The notes under the pieces: model-generated
Databases searched by the model: none
What the model was told of the DNA's origin: nothing
What the model saw: the letters and a program-made list of their open reading frames with translations, nothing else
Made by a program: the position numbers and the translations under genes
In this document: one piece after another, positions 28,745 to 39,400 of the stretch
Layout of the letters: every line of letters begins with the position of its first letter
Position numbering within the stretch: the stretch's first letter is position 1
IMG/VR virus record: IMGVR_UViG_3300020048_000055
Coordinates: 1-64,000 of that record
Source of the DNA: a virus
Length of the DNA: 64,000 nt
Direction: 5' to 3' (one strand)

Positions 28745-28957
28745 ATGGAAAACGAAAAAGCTGTATCAGAAATTGTTAAAAATGCAAAATCCCTCATGAA
28801 AAAATCTGGGAGAGGATATAATGAATGTGTAGTTATATCTCTATTAAATTATCTTAATGACCTTAGAAAGGATGTTTCTAAAGAAACAAATCTTGGTGAT
28901 ATTTCCTTAGAACAGAAACTATGGGAATTATACTATAGTCCCAGCTATAGAAACTAA
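28745..28957 (+). CDS. hypothetical protein
   Basis: 70 aa, own ACTAATTA motif and GGGGG RBS. Confidence 0.65.
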   Translation: MENEKAVSEIVKNAKSLMKKSGRGYNECVVISLLNYLNDLRKDVSKETNLGDISLEQKLWELYYSPSYRN

Positions 28958-28986
28958 AAAAAGCCTGTTCAATACGAACAGGCTTC
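28956..28986 (-). terminator. intrinsic terminator
   Basis: AAGCCTGTTC-AATAC-GAACAGGCTT preceded by an A run. Confidence 0.75.
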
Positions 28987-29007
28987 TCAAACAAAAAACT
29001 TAGCGTT

Positions 29008-29541
29008 TCATCGGAAATATAAGTTTTTCATATTATATTTTATCACTGGATTAACATCTGATGTATACAGTTCCTTTGCTATTTTAAGCATATCTTTCCC
29101 TACTATTGCCTTTTTAATGGCATAGGAAAAAAGCATATTAGAATAGTCTACTTCTGCTTGGGTTGCATCCACTCCACAATAAAGTGCTTCACCTACCTCA
29201 GAAATAATCATTCCTGTATAGAACCCCTTGATATTTGCTGGTACGCAAAATCGGTCTGCATTGCACCAAATACTTACACAAGGTTTTTTCCTTAATGCAG
29301 AAATAAAATCAGAATTAATAATATAGGAACTGTTCCCTAGTAAACCTGCGGGAGTTCCATGTCCCAACATTACAATCCTCTCATAGGATTCTATTATTGA
29401 AATAAGATCCGTTCCATGAAACCTCTTGGTATCTACTGTGTTCCAATCATTTTCACAATAGATTTCCTTAAGAAAATCGGTGCTTGAATCCTTCGGATGA
29501 ATTACCAGTGTTTTAATATTTTCCTCCCTATTATCTATCAA
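29008..29541 (-). CDS. hypothetical protein with possible caspase/CHAT-like His-Cys dyad
   Basis: IVMLGHG ... CVSIWC motifs. Confidence 0.55.
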   Translation of the reverse strand: MIDNREENIKTLVIHPKDSSTDFLKEIYCENDWNTVDTKRFHGTDLISIIESYERIVMLGHGTPAGLLGNSSYIINSDFISALRKKPCVSIWCNADRFCVPANIKGFYTGMIISEVGEALYCGVDATQAEVDYSNMLFSYAIKKAIVGKDMLKIAKELYTSDVNPVIKYNMKNLYFR

Positions 29542-30526
29542 ACTCTATTATAAACTTTGAACCCTCAGACCTTTCAATCTCGATGCTTCCCTTGATTTGT
29601 TTTACCAAGCCCTGAATAAGCGTAAGACCAAATCCTGAATGGTTCTCAAAATCAACTGTATCGGGAATCCCTATCCCATCATCAGAAACTATCAAAGTTA
29701 TTTTCCCATTGAACTTGGAGATTATAACTGATATTGTCCCCTCTTGGACTTCCTTGAAAGCATACTTCATGATGTTGGTTAGAAGTTCGTTTATCAAAAT
29801 ACCTATCGGTTGCGCCCTCTGAGAATCAAGGGTGAAATCTTCAATGGACTTCACGATTGTAATATTCTTGTCATGAGGGAAATGACTCATAATCTGGTCT
29901 ATCAAAGGGTTGATAAAATCTTTCATATTTATTTCCACAAATTCCCCTGCTCGATACAGATTGTCATATAAAACAACCATGCTTGATAGTATGCTTTGGG
30001 CATTTTCAAATATTGCTATGGCTTTTGGATCTACCAAGCTTTGAGACTTAATAGAAAGCAAACTGTTTATCGTATTCATATTGTTCTTAATACGATGATG
30101 AACTTCCTTCAAGATAAGTTCCTTTTCATCCAGTAAATGCTGAATATACTTTTTCGACTCAGATAGTTTCAATGCCATCTTTATCGAAGCATCTATTATG
30201 GAAATACCTGAGTTCTTCAGGATATATCCGTAACAGGTAACTTTCTCCGTCTGCTCAACAAACTCAGGCTCATGATGGCTTGACAGAAATATAATCGGAA
30301 TATCTCGGTCTATTAAAATCTTCTGGGCAGTAACTATTCCATTCATTCCATCCCCCAGATTAATATCCATCAGTATCAGGTCGATGAACGTATTGTCTCT
30401 CAATAGTTCAATAGCCTCTTCCCCTGAACTTGCTACCACAACACTGTACCCATATTGTTCCAAAAACAAATCTTCAATAGCCGCACAGGTAAACTCATCT
30501 TCAACCAACAAAATTGTCTTTTTCAT
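29531..30526 (-). CDS. response-regulator receiver + HisKA_2/HATPase histidine kinase hybrid
   Basis: ILLVEDE, LILMDINL, KEVHHRIKNNM H-box, NELLTN..KYAF N-box, DDGIG, GFGL. Confidence 0.95.
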   Translation of the reverse strand: MKKTILLVEDEFTCAAIEDLFLEQYGYSVVVASSGEEAIELLRDNTFIDLILMDINLGDGMNGIVTAQKILIDRDIPIIFLSSHHEPEFVEQTEKVTCYGYILKNSGISIIDASIKMALKLSESKKYIQHLLDEKELILKEVHHRIKNNMNTINSLLSIKSQSLVDPKAIAIFENAQSILSSMVVLYDNLYRAGEFVEINMKDFINPLIDQIMSHFPHDKNITIVKSIEDFTLDSQRAQPIGILINELLTNIMKYAFKEVQEGTISVIISKFNGKITLIVSDDGIGIPDTVDFENHSGFGLTLIQGLVKQIKGSIEIERSEGSKFIIEFDR

Positions 30527-30649
30527 AAAAATCCCCTAATCAAAAACTTCTTGAGGTTCATACAAACCCCTGTTTTCAAATTAGAAGGAGACTTTAACCT
30601 AACAAAGTTGCTTTCTCCGCTTGAAGCCTTTATTAAAACCTACTTCTTT

Positions 30650-30991
30650 CTAGCCTTTTAACTCTTCAATTGTTACCGTCTTAATGCAGTCATAGAGATA
30701 TATTAGCACCTTTCTCTGTGAGTTTGTCAAGTTATCATCCTTGCTAAATTTCTTCTTTAACACTTCGCAGAAGGTTATCCATGTTAAAGCATCCTTTCTT
30801 CCAAGAAACTCTTCAACCGAACACTCTACCACCCCTGCAAGTGTGTCAAATACAAACCGTTCCTGAGGTTTTATCCCCTCGGTAATCTGATAATTTACCA
30901 CCAACTGCACCACATCCTCTGCCTTGGGCGACATTGCCTGTACAGAACCAAGTACCGTAAGAAGTAGAATCAAAGCTGTTATTTTCTTCAT
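30650..30991 (-). CDS. hypothetical secreted protein
   Basis: MKKITALILLLTVLGSVQA signal peptide. Confidence 0.7.
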   Translation of the reverse strand: MKKITALILLLTVLGSVQAMSPKAEDVVQLVVNYQITEGIKPQERFVFDTLAGVVECSVEEFLGRKDALTWITFCEVLKKKFSKDDNLTNSQRKVLIYLYDCIKTVTIEELKG

Positions 30992-31167
30992 TTTACTTCT
31001 CCGTCAGTGTAGTCATTGAAAGAATCTGAAACCTCAACCATTTCGACATTACTAAAGCTTGCACCACAGAAAGTCCCATATCCTCTGGCAGATTTTTCCG
31101 AACGAAAAAACTCATCAATTGGGAAACCATCAAAGGATGTACATTGTAATCTGAACGCATTTTTCAT
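30988..31167 (-). CDS. hypothetical protein
   Basis: GGAGG RBS before ATG 31167; ATGA overlap with next gene. Confidence 0.6.
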   Translation of the reverse strand: MKNAFRLQCTSFDGFPIDEFFRSEKSARGYGTFCGASFSNVEMVEVSDSFNDYTDGEVK

Positions 31168-31223
31168 CTGGAAACCTCCGTAATCATTTAGGGCTAAAAA
31201 GAACCCCATGCAAACAAGGGGCT

Positions 31224-31249
31224 AAAAAAGCTCCTTCCGAAGAAGGAGC
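31224..31249 (-). terminator. intrinsic terminator
   Basis: GCTCCTTC-TTCG-GAAGGAGC followed by T6 on the minus strand. Confidence 0.8.
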
Positions 31250-31268
31250 CATTCCAAAGTATCTTTGT

Positions 31269-33281
31269 TTATTCTACCCAGTGGGATTCCAGAATGGTTT
31301 TTGTTACAGTAGAAGTTACTACATATTTATTACCAAAACCCCAGAGAGCAGGGTCAGCAGTCCAAGTCCATGAACTTCCCGAGATTGTATACGAAAGGGT
31401 CTTTCCAACATTGTCTGCATTAAAAGGACAGGTTACAACCGTAAGGTTTATAAGATTTTCAGTAAGAACAAAGGTTCCCGTGAAATTAGTTACCTCACCC
31501 TCAACACCACCAACAACCTTCATATAAGTATTGATGAATGTTTCATCATTCATGTTCAAGATAAGTTTACCTACTTTCGTGAAGCTTACACCCAGCACCG
31601 TATAAGTAACTGTAGAGTCAAACTGCACTACATCTAACGTCCACTCTTTCCAAGAAGCGGTCAGGGTCAAGTTTCCAGTAACCAAAGTATTGAAGTTGTA
31701 TTCAACACCATCTTTCATCCAATACTGAAACGTATTGTGTTCCAAGGTCGGGTCAGAAGCAGGTTTCGTAGCTTTCGAGCCGAAGTTTACGGACTGGGAA
31801 GCGACACCAGAGTCAAAGGTTACGGTGTAAGCATTAAGCGTCCACTTGGATACCAAGGCAACATTACCAGTCACCGCAGAAGCGAAGGTATAAGCACTTG
31901 AACCAAGATACCAACCAGTGAAGGTTGAGCCAGTTTTGGTAGGGTCAGAGGGTTTTGCTACCGAAGAACCTGAGTTTACTACTACAGGGCTACCATCGAA
32001 GGTGACGGTGAAAGTTATCTGGTTCCATTTAGAAACCAAGGCAACATTACTTGTAACAGCAGAAGCAAAGTTGTATTCAACATTATCCTTCATCCAATAC
32101 TGAAAGGTATTGTGTTCCAAGGTCGGGTCAGAAGCAGGTTTCGCTACCGGAGAACCTGAGTTTACTGTCACAGGGCTACCGTCGAAGGTGACGGTGAAGG
32201 TTATCTGGTTCCATTTGGAAACCAAGGTGAGGTTGCTTACAATGTGAGTATCAAATCCATATGCTGTATCCCCAATGAACCAACCAAGGAAGGTTTTGTG
32301 TGCCTGTACAGGGTCAGCAGGTTTAGTTACAAAATCGCCTGAGTTTACTATTACTGGAGTTCCATCAAAGGTGACGGTGAAAGTGACTCCAGCCCATTTC
32401 GATACCAATGAAAGATTGCTGGTGACAGGCTTGGAGAAGTCATAGGCAGAACCATCAAGAAACCATCCCGTAAAGGTGTTGTGTATCCTTATAGGGTCAA
32501 CAGAGGGTTTCGTTACCAAAGAACCTTCGATTACAGTGACCGGATTCAAGCCGTCAAAAGTTACGGAAAAGGTTATCTGATTCCACCTAGCTATCAAGGT
32601 GATGTCACTTGTTACAGGGGTAGCGAAGTCGTAGGCAATATCGCCGTTATACCAACCAGTAAAAGTATTGTGTTCCAATACAGGGTCAGAAGGTTCAGTT
32701 ACTTCTGAGTTGAAATCTACATACTGTGAAGATACATCAGACCCCATGTTAGAATCGAAGGATATAGTGTAGGAATTGATATCCCAACTTGATTTCAGGG
32801 AAATATCACTTGTTACAGGGGTAGTGAAGTCGAAAGGAGTGTCATTCTCCTCAGTAGTATCCCCATCAACAAGGTACCAACCAAGGAAGGTTGAACCAGT
32901 TTTGGTAGGGTCAGAAGCAGGTTTCGTTATCGGAGAACCTTCAAGTACCGTTACCATATCAACATCATCTGTAAAAGAAACTGTAAAGGTTATCTGATTC
33001 CACATAGCTATCAAGGTGATGTCACTGGTGACGGGGGTATCAAACTTATAAGCAGTACCCTCAAGAAACCAACCCGTAAAGGTATTGTGTTCCAATACTG
33101 GGAAGGGTTTGGGTTCGGTAGCAATCCCTCCAGATTTGATGCTTTGTGAAGCAACTCCAGAGTCGAAAGTAACTGTGTAAAACACAGGAGCTTCAGGAGC
33201 AGGAGCGGAAAGGGTATTGCCAGTATCGCAACCAACTACCAGTGTAGCAAGAACCAGAACCAGAACCATGAGCTTTTTCAT
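31269..33281 (-). CDS. lipoprotein with 8 InlB B-repeat (Listeria-Bacteroides/Flg_new) domains
   Basis: Lipobox LVVG-C18; eight (Y/F)TVTFD...P..P....TF.GW...YDF..PVT.D.TL.A.W repeats. Confidence 0.9.
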   Translation of the reverse strand: MKKLMVLVLVLATLVVGCDTGNTLSAPAPEAPVFYTVTFDSGVASQSIKSGGIATEPKPFPVLEHNTFTGWFLEGTAYKFDTPVTSDITLIAMWNQITFTVSFTDDVDMVTVLEGSPITKPASDPTKTGSTFLGWYLVDGDTTEENDTPFDFTTPVTSDISLKSSWDINSYTISFDSNMGSDVSSQYVDFNSEVTEPSDPVLEHNTFTGWYNGDIAYDFATPVTSDITLIARWNQITFSVTFDGLNPVTVIEGSLVTKPSVDPIRIHNTFTGWFLDGSAYDFSKPVTSNLSLVSKWAGVTFTVTFDGTPVIVNSGDFVTKPADPVQAHKTFLGWFIGDTAYGFDTHIVSNLTLVSKWNQITFTVTFDGSPVTVNSGSPVAKPASDPTLEHNTFQYWMKDNVEYNFASAVTSNVALVSKWNQITFTVTFDGSPVVVNSGSSVAKPSDPTKTGSTFTGWYLGSSAYTFASAVTGNVALVSKWTLNAYTVTFDSGVASQSVNFGSKATKPASDPTLEHNTFQYWMKDGVEYNFNTLVTGNLTLTASWKEWTLDVVQFDSTVTYTVLGVSFTKVGKLILNMNDETFINTYMKVVGGVEGEVTNFTGTFVLTENLINLTVVTCPFNADNVGKTLSYTISGSSWTWTADPALWGFGNKYVVTSTVTKTILESHWVE

Positions 33282-33300
33282 AAGTACCTCCGTTTTTTAG

Positions 33301-33350
33301 TACCTTACATATATAATATATAGGACTTTTACGAAAAGTTCAAAACTTTT
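33301..33350 (-). promoter_or_regulatory. sigma70-type early promoter
   Basis: TTGAAC (33338-43)-N17-TATATT (33315-20)-ATATATGTAAGGTA. Confidence 0.8.
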
Positions 33351-33420
33351 TTACGAATTTACTACGAATTCGTCAAAACTCGTAGTAAAAACGTCAATTT
33401 AGAAAAAGATCAAGCAGTTC

Positions 33421-36400
33421 TTAGACTGAAGGAACCTCTACATTAGCCTCGGGATTGGTTGTAGATGCAAGGAATTTTTTATTTGTATAATCATTCATAA
33501 CATCTACAAACATTACATCATCCCCATCCATTCCTAGGGCATGGGTATGATTCAAAATCATATCATACAAAATGGCACCCATGGCAACCATATCACTGTA
33601 AGAAGGTACTGCTTGAGAGAGTACTTCTGCTAAAGGCCCTTGAGCAGGAAGGTTTGGACCAAGTAATTCACCACTTGCACCAAGAGAATATCCACTAATA
33701 TCCGTAGGGATTATGGAAGTAATTGCATTTGCCCTAACAATTGGAGCATCTGTAATCGTACTACCCTCAGAAGTACCGAAGAAGATGTTACCATTATTTT
33801 GAAGGTTATTAATTGCAACCCTAACGGCTTCTGCGAGGGTTTCCGTTGCTATAGAAGCTTTTCCATTAATAACAGTATTTTGAGCATTATTCTTAGCAGT
33901 AATGAAAGTTTTCATTTTAGTAAGATCCTCAATCAACTGGTCGATATCTTGAGCGACCCTTGTATCTGTTGCAAGAGCAAAACTTATATCGGTAGTCTCA
34001 TCATCATCCCCTGATAGGGTAATTACTGAAGTTTGAGATATAAGACCATCAGAATAAGAATTAGCTGAAGATAAAGTAGCTTCATCCTGATCATCAATGT
34101 AGGAATCAGTAGCAGATATTTTGCTTTGGAGAGCAGTCATATCACCTTGGTAGGTTACAAGGGAAACTAAGTTCTCAGTTTTTGATTCTGAGTCTACAGA
34201 GAGTACACCTGCTGTTCCGACACCTCCTGCATCAAAGGTTAGAATATTTGAATCAATAGACCTATCAATGATAGCTTGAGAAACCTGAGTAGCATCTTGA
34301 AAGATTGCATTTGCAGATTTAACAGAATAAACTTTAGTATCAACGTCATTGGCACCTGCTTCTTTTACCGTTTTGGATGCAACAATATCTATTAACTTAA
34401 AGTTTGTTTTATTGAGGTCGAAGGTTATACCACCAAGTGCTTTGAGACGTAAATTGAGGGCAGTATTGCTCCAACCTTTTGGTGCCTTTGTTGTGAATAT
34501 TGCAGGACTATTATTTTCGGCATAGTCGGCTTCTGTATCAATAACAACATCTGCACCATCTTTAATTACTTGATACTTAGAAAGAGAATGTTCGATAGTA
34601 GAAGCGTCACCCGTGGTTTGGGTGAATACGGGATAGTAGTTATCGCCTGTTACAACCTTTCTGATATCAGCGAGAGACTCATCTGCATCAACGAAACCTG
34701 TAAGGTCTGCGAGGTTTGTAGCAAGGTGTGAAGTATCGGATTCGATGGCATCGAGTCTTGCTTTTTGAGAATCGTCACTGGTATCATTAGCATTTATCCA
34801 ATTTTCAATTTGGGTAATATGACCATAAACAGTAGTTGAGTCTACCACAACATTTGAGTCTGTGTCTGAGTAAGTAGCAGGAACTCCCGGCATGGCAGTC
34901 ATATCCGCTTTAGAGCCAAGTTCAAGTCTAAGGTCGAAAAAGGCATCATTAGTAGAAACATAGTCAAGAAGGTTTTCAATAGTTCCAGAGGATTTAGTAA
35001 AATTAGCGATTGAGAATAACTTATCATCCCCATTTACAGAATCACCCTTAAAGACACCATCATACTTTGCCTCGAACGAGTTCATTTTATCCATACCAAT
35101 AAATGTACGAATAGAACGTATAGAGTTTTCAAGAATCTTGAAACGTGAAGGACGTTCACTGTTTCCGAGTAGGTCAGAGAACAGTTTGCTTCTATTACCA
35201 CTTGAGATAGGTTTAGATTCAACACCAGTGTCAGAGACATTATTGGTAACAATTTCTTCACTATCTATATCGAACCAAGTTGTATTTTTTGATGCTACGT
35301 CATTATTTATTACAGCACCTGATATAGGGGTTATCCCACTTGGGTCTTCTGTAGTAAGGATACGTTTTGGAGTTGCATAACTGAGCTTAATCATATTTGA
35401 GATAATATTATCTGTGATATCATAGAGTTCAGCACCTGCACCAAGAGACTCAGTATTGAAGTGGTCATAGGTTGAAGCGGAATTATCTGACATTTTTCCG
35501 AACACTGTTTTAAGGAGTGCATTTACGTCAGAAGAAACTGTATAGCTTGTTTCGACTACAATATTACCATCACTGATATAGTATCCGGTATTTTCCAAGT
35601 CAACACTTACTACAGGAGTATAAACTGCTGTCTGTCCTGTTCCAGTTTTTGTGTACTTAGTGATAAGGGTATCTGCAACTTCTTGTAGGGTTGCAATGTG
35701 ATAGGTATTATTTACGTAAGAAGACTCTACGTCTTTATTGTAGATTGTACCAAGTCTAGTATTTACAAAGTTTGAGTAATTTTCTTCTCTACGAACTCTG
35801 GAATAAATCTCACTTACTACATCATGAAGGTTTGTTTGTTTCTTAATGTTTCTTGCAGTAACATCATTGTAGACAGATCCATTTAATAGGATATTAGAAC
35901 CATCAATCCTTTCTTCGTCATTGATATACTTGAGACCACTCCATTTAGAAAGTCTTAAACAGAAATCCTTTACTGAGCTAATATTTCTATTGAAAGAATG
36001 GATTGCGGATTCACCATCGGTATAGTTACCAGTTAAATCAGTTGCTCCATTATTTGCCTGACCTGTCATGAATCCGTAAATTTTATCCAAGTCTGTGGTA
36101 AGGATACCATCTTCAAAGTCACGATTTTTATCAAGCATACGAGAAAGTACATCAAGAGAACGTTCGATTGTGTCTATTCTATTACTTACACTTTTCATTA
36201 AGCGGTCTGGATAATCAGAATGGGTAGCTTCATTAGCATTAAAGTTATGGATAGGAAGAATGTCTTTTCCTAATGTATCTACAAGAACGTCCAAGAATGA
36301 TGCGTAAGTATCATAATCTTTTTTGCTTGTAGGAAGAGTAGGGGTATATTCAGTCAGGTCTTCCAGACCTATTTCCGTAGCACCTTTTAAGACTTTACCA

Positions 36401-39400
36401 TTAAATGTTCTAAGACCATCTAAATTATTTACCGCAGTACTTGAAAAATCCTGATAAGAGTTATTATAGTTTAGAGTAAAGGAATAAAGTTTCTTAGATA
36501 GAAGGTCAATTCTTGAACCATATTTATCAAAAGGAACTGAAGCAGAATCGTCTGCATCATGATAGGTTTGTTCAAGGTCATCGGTAGCACCATCAAAATA
36601 AACTTCCTTTATAATGTGTTCAATATTTTCTCTGATAGTATCAAGTCTTTGTGGACGTGAATCAATATTGTCTCTTCCATTTATGTTTTTTGTGAGAGCA
36701 TCAACCTTTATGCAGATACGATTTACTGCATCGTTCAAACCATCGAACTCATCATTTGTAGTTCCAGTTAAGGGGTTGAAAGTTTCAGGAGTAACTGCAA
36801 ATTGTTTTAGTCTGTATGCGTCAGTAGTTTCCTCTTCCAGAGAAGTTGTTCTTACATCTTGAACTGCGGGATGAAGAATGTCAGGGTAAGTGGAACCTTT
36901 TACTTCAATTAAGTTTATGAGTTCACTACCATTTGAGGTTCGAGCATTTTCACCATTTACTTCTGCATCGAGTCTATCAATACGACCTAGTTTTAAGTCA
37001 TCTAAGCTCTTGATATATTTTTGAATTCCTGCATCTTCTAATGTAGGGGAATCACTTATTAATGAATATACTTCACCTATTTTGATATAAAACTCATCCG
37101 TTGGGTGTGCAGTAACATAAGCTTGGGTAACTTCAAAGTATGAAACTTGAGAAACAATATTTGATGGGTCAGCCTGATCAAACAATTCCTTACAAAGTGC
37201 CCTTACAAGACGGTTAAGTCCAAGTTGAGTTGGGTCTTGATTTACTGAGTCAGTATTAATTTGAGCTTCACGGAGACCGGGTATTGTAGGAGCATCAGAA
37301 CCACCAACAGAAGTTTCCACCATGAGTAAACGTTCCTGTGTTTCCTTAGCGGCTTTTAACAACAGACCCACCGTTGACTGGATACTTTGTGCTTTTCCAG
37401 AAGTATCTACAATTAAGCTTAAGTAGTCACGAATTGCATCTACCTGCTCAGGAGTATAACTATATTTAAAAGTTCTGTCAGAAGGTGCTTCCGTCTGATA
37501 CATGTCCGAGTATATTGAACGAGTACTTGCAGTTGAATTAGCCACGTTATCCTGACGAACAATAATTACAGGGCTTTCTTCATCTACTTGTGTTTCAACA
37601 TCGATGTACTGAGGAATAATATTTCTTGCATCAGAGGTTCTTTCTGTGATAATACCCAAGTAATTCTTGAAACATGCTGGGTCATTTTTATACTTGAACT
37701 CATATATTGGGAGTTCATAGGTAGCTTGAAGGGCACTAAAGTCATCCAAGATTCCATCAGTATTTGTATGCAATGCACCTGAAGAAACTATATTCTTAAA
37801 GTTTATAGAAGACCCTACATCGAAAGACTGAGCTACAACCCTTGCAAGTACGTTACCTTTCTTAAAAATAAAGTCATGAGTAAGCTCATTTGTTTTGTCA
37901 GCATCGAAGTCTGGCATGAATACTTTTAGGGCGGCAAGGGCATCGATATAAGCTTGAGAGCCTGTATCCCCAATTGTATGTAAGGCAACAAAATTATTAA
38001 TAGCAGGTTGAACAGCACTGGTAAAATGGGTAGAGATTAATTTTTGTTCAATTCCATTTTTAATATTGGAGTCGGAAACTTCGTAGTTTGATAAAGACTT
38101 CACTGTAGAAGTAGCAAAAGATTTCTTTTGTCCCGAAGTATTTACTTCAAGGTTTGCAAGTTCAACAACCGTTGCACCAGAAAGATTGTACTTAATTTTA
38201 TTTTCAATTTCAAGTACTCTATCTGTTCCCACGAAAGGAATGAATGAACCATCTTCATTAGCAATAGAAGACTCGGTGATAAGAGACTTTCCTACTTTGA
38301 ATCCTCTCAATTTTGCCGAGTTGATAGTACCATCTTTTCCATTAAGTAAACCATGAACAGTGTTAGTTGTGGATACTGCATTTCCCTCATGAGTGGATAG
38401 TCTTGAAAGAGGGATTAAGTCGTTGGCTGACCAAGTTTCAGGTTTTTCTAAAGAAACATAGGTAAGTTTTTTTGTGGCAGGGTTATAGGTTAGTGCTAAC
38501 GACCCTGTATCCTCATATAAACTTAAAGTTCCATAAATCTTTTCTTCACCATGAAGAACAAGAGAACCCTGTACTAACTCTGTACCAATATTAAGATTGG
38601 TGTTGTCAATAGTGTTTATTGAAATATGGTCTTGAAGGTACTGAATAACGGCTTGACCTGATACAGCATTAAGAACACCGTTTTCTGCATTATCTACAAG
38701 AGACTGAGAAACGTAATTCTTGAAAAGTCCATCAACATCAAACTGTCTATCCCATACTTCTTTCTTCGATACGAATACTTTATATTCTTTACCATAGCAA
38801 GGAATAGGTGCTTGAGAAGTTCCATCTTGAATAGCAATACCATAACCTTGCCCAATCTCTGCGGAGAGAATATATTGACCATAGGGGTTTTGTACTGAGG
38901 AGTTATTCTTAGAAACTTTCCATCTATATCCAAACTGTTGAGTATTGTTATAGGTAAAATATCCCTGAGGAATTTCTTGCCAGTCTACATGTAAACCCTC
39001 TGTAGTTGGATTAAGAGCAACATATAATTTAATGTCAAGTGACTCTAAATCAACCGACTTAAATCCATCCTGCATTGGACCCCATAACACTAAATCACTT
39101 ACATCCAAAGAGGCGTTTAATGAAAGACCTGCATAGTTGGCATCGTCCAAAGGTTCAGTACTAAATGTTCCGAAATATCTCTTGATAGCGATACGGGGAA
39201 TATCTTTGAATATTCCATGTTTAATATATTTTATTTGAGCAACTTTTCCATTACCAAAAGTTACAGCAGGTACGATGAATGTGGTAAGACCCTCACCATC
39301 AAAGAGAATTGAAAGGTCAGTTTCCGAGAAATATCCATGAAGTCTGTCAAAGAAATCCTGATTTTCTTCTGTTACTGTATAGCGAGTAATCCCATCACAA

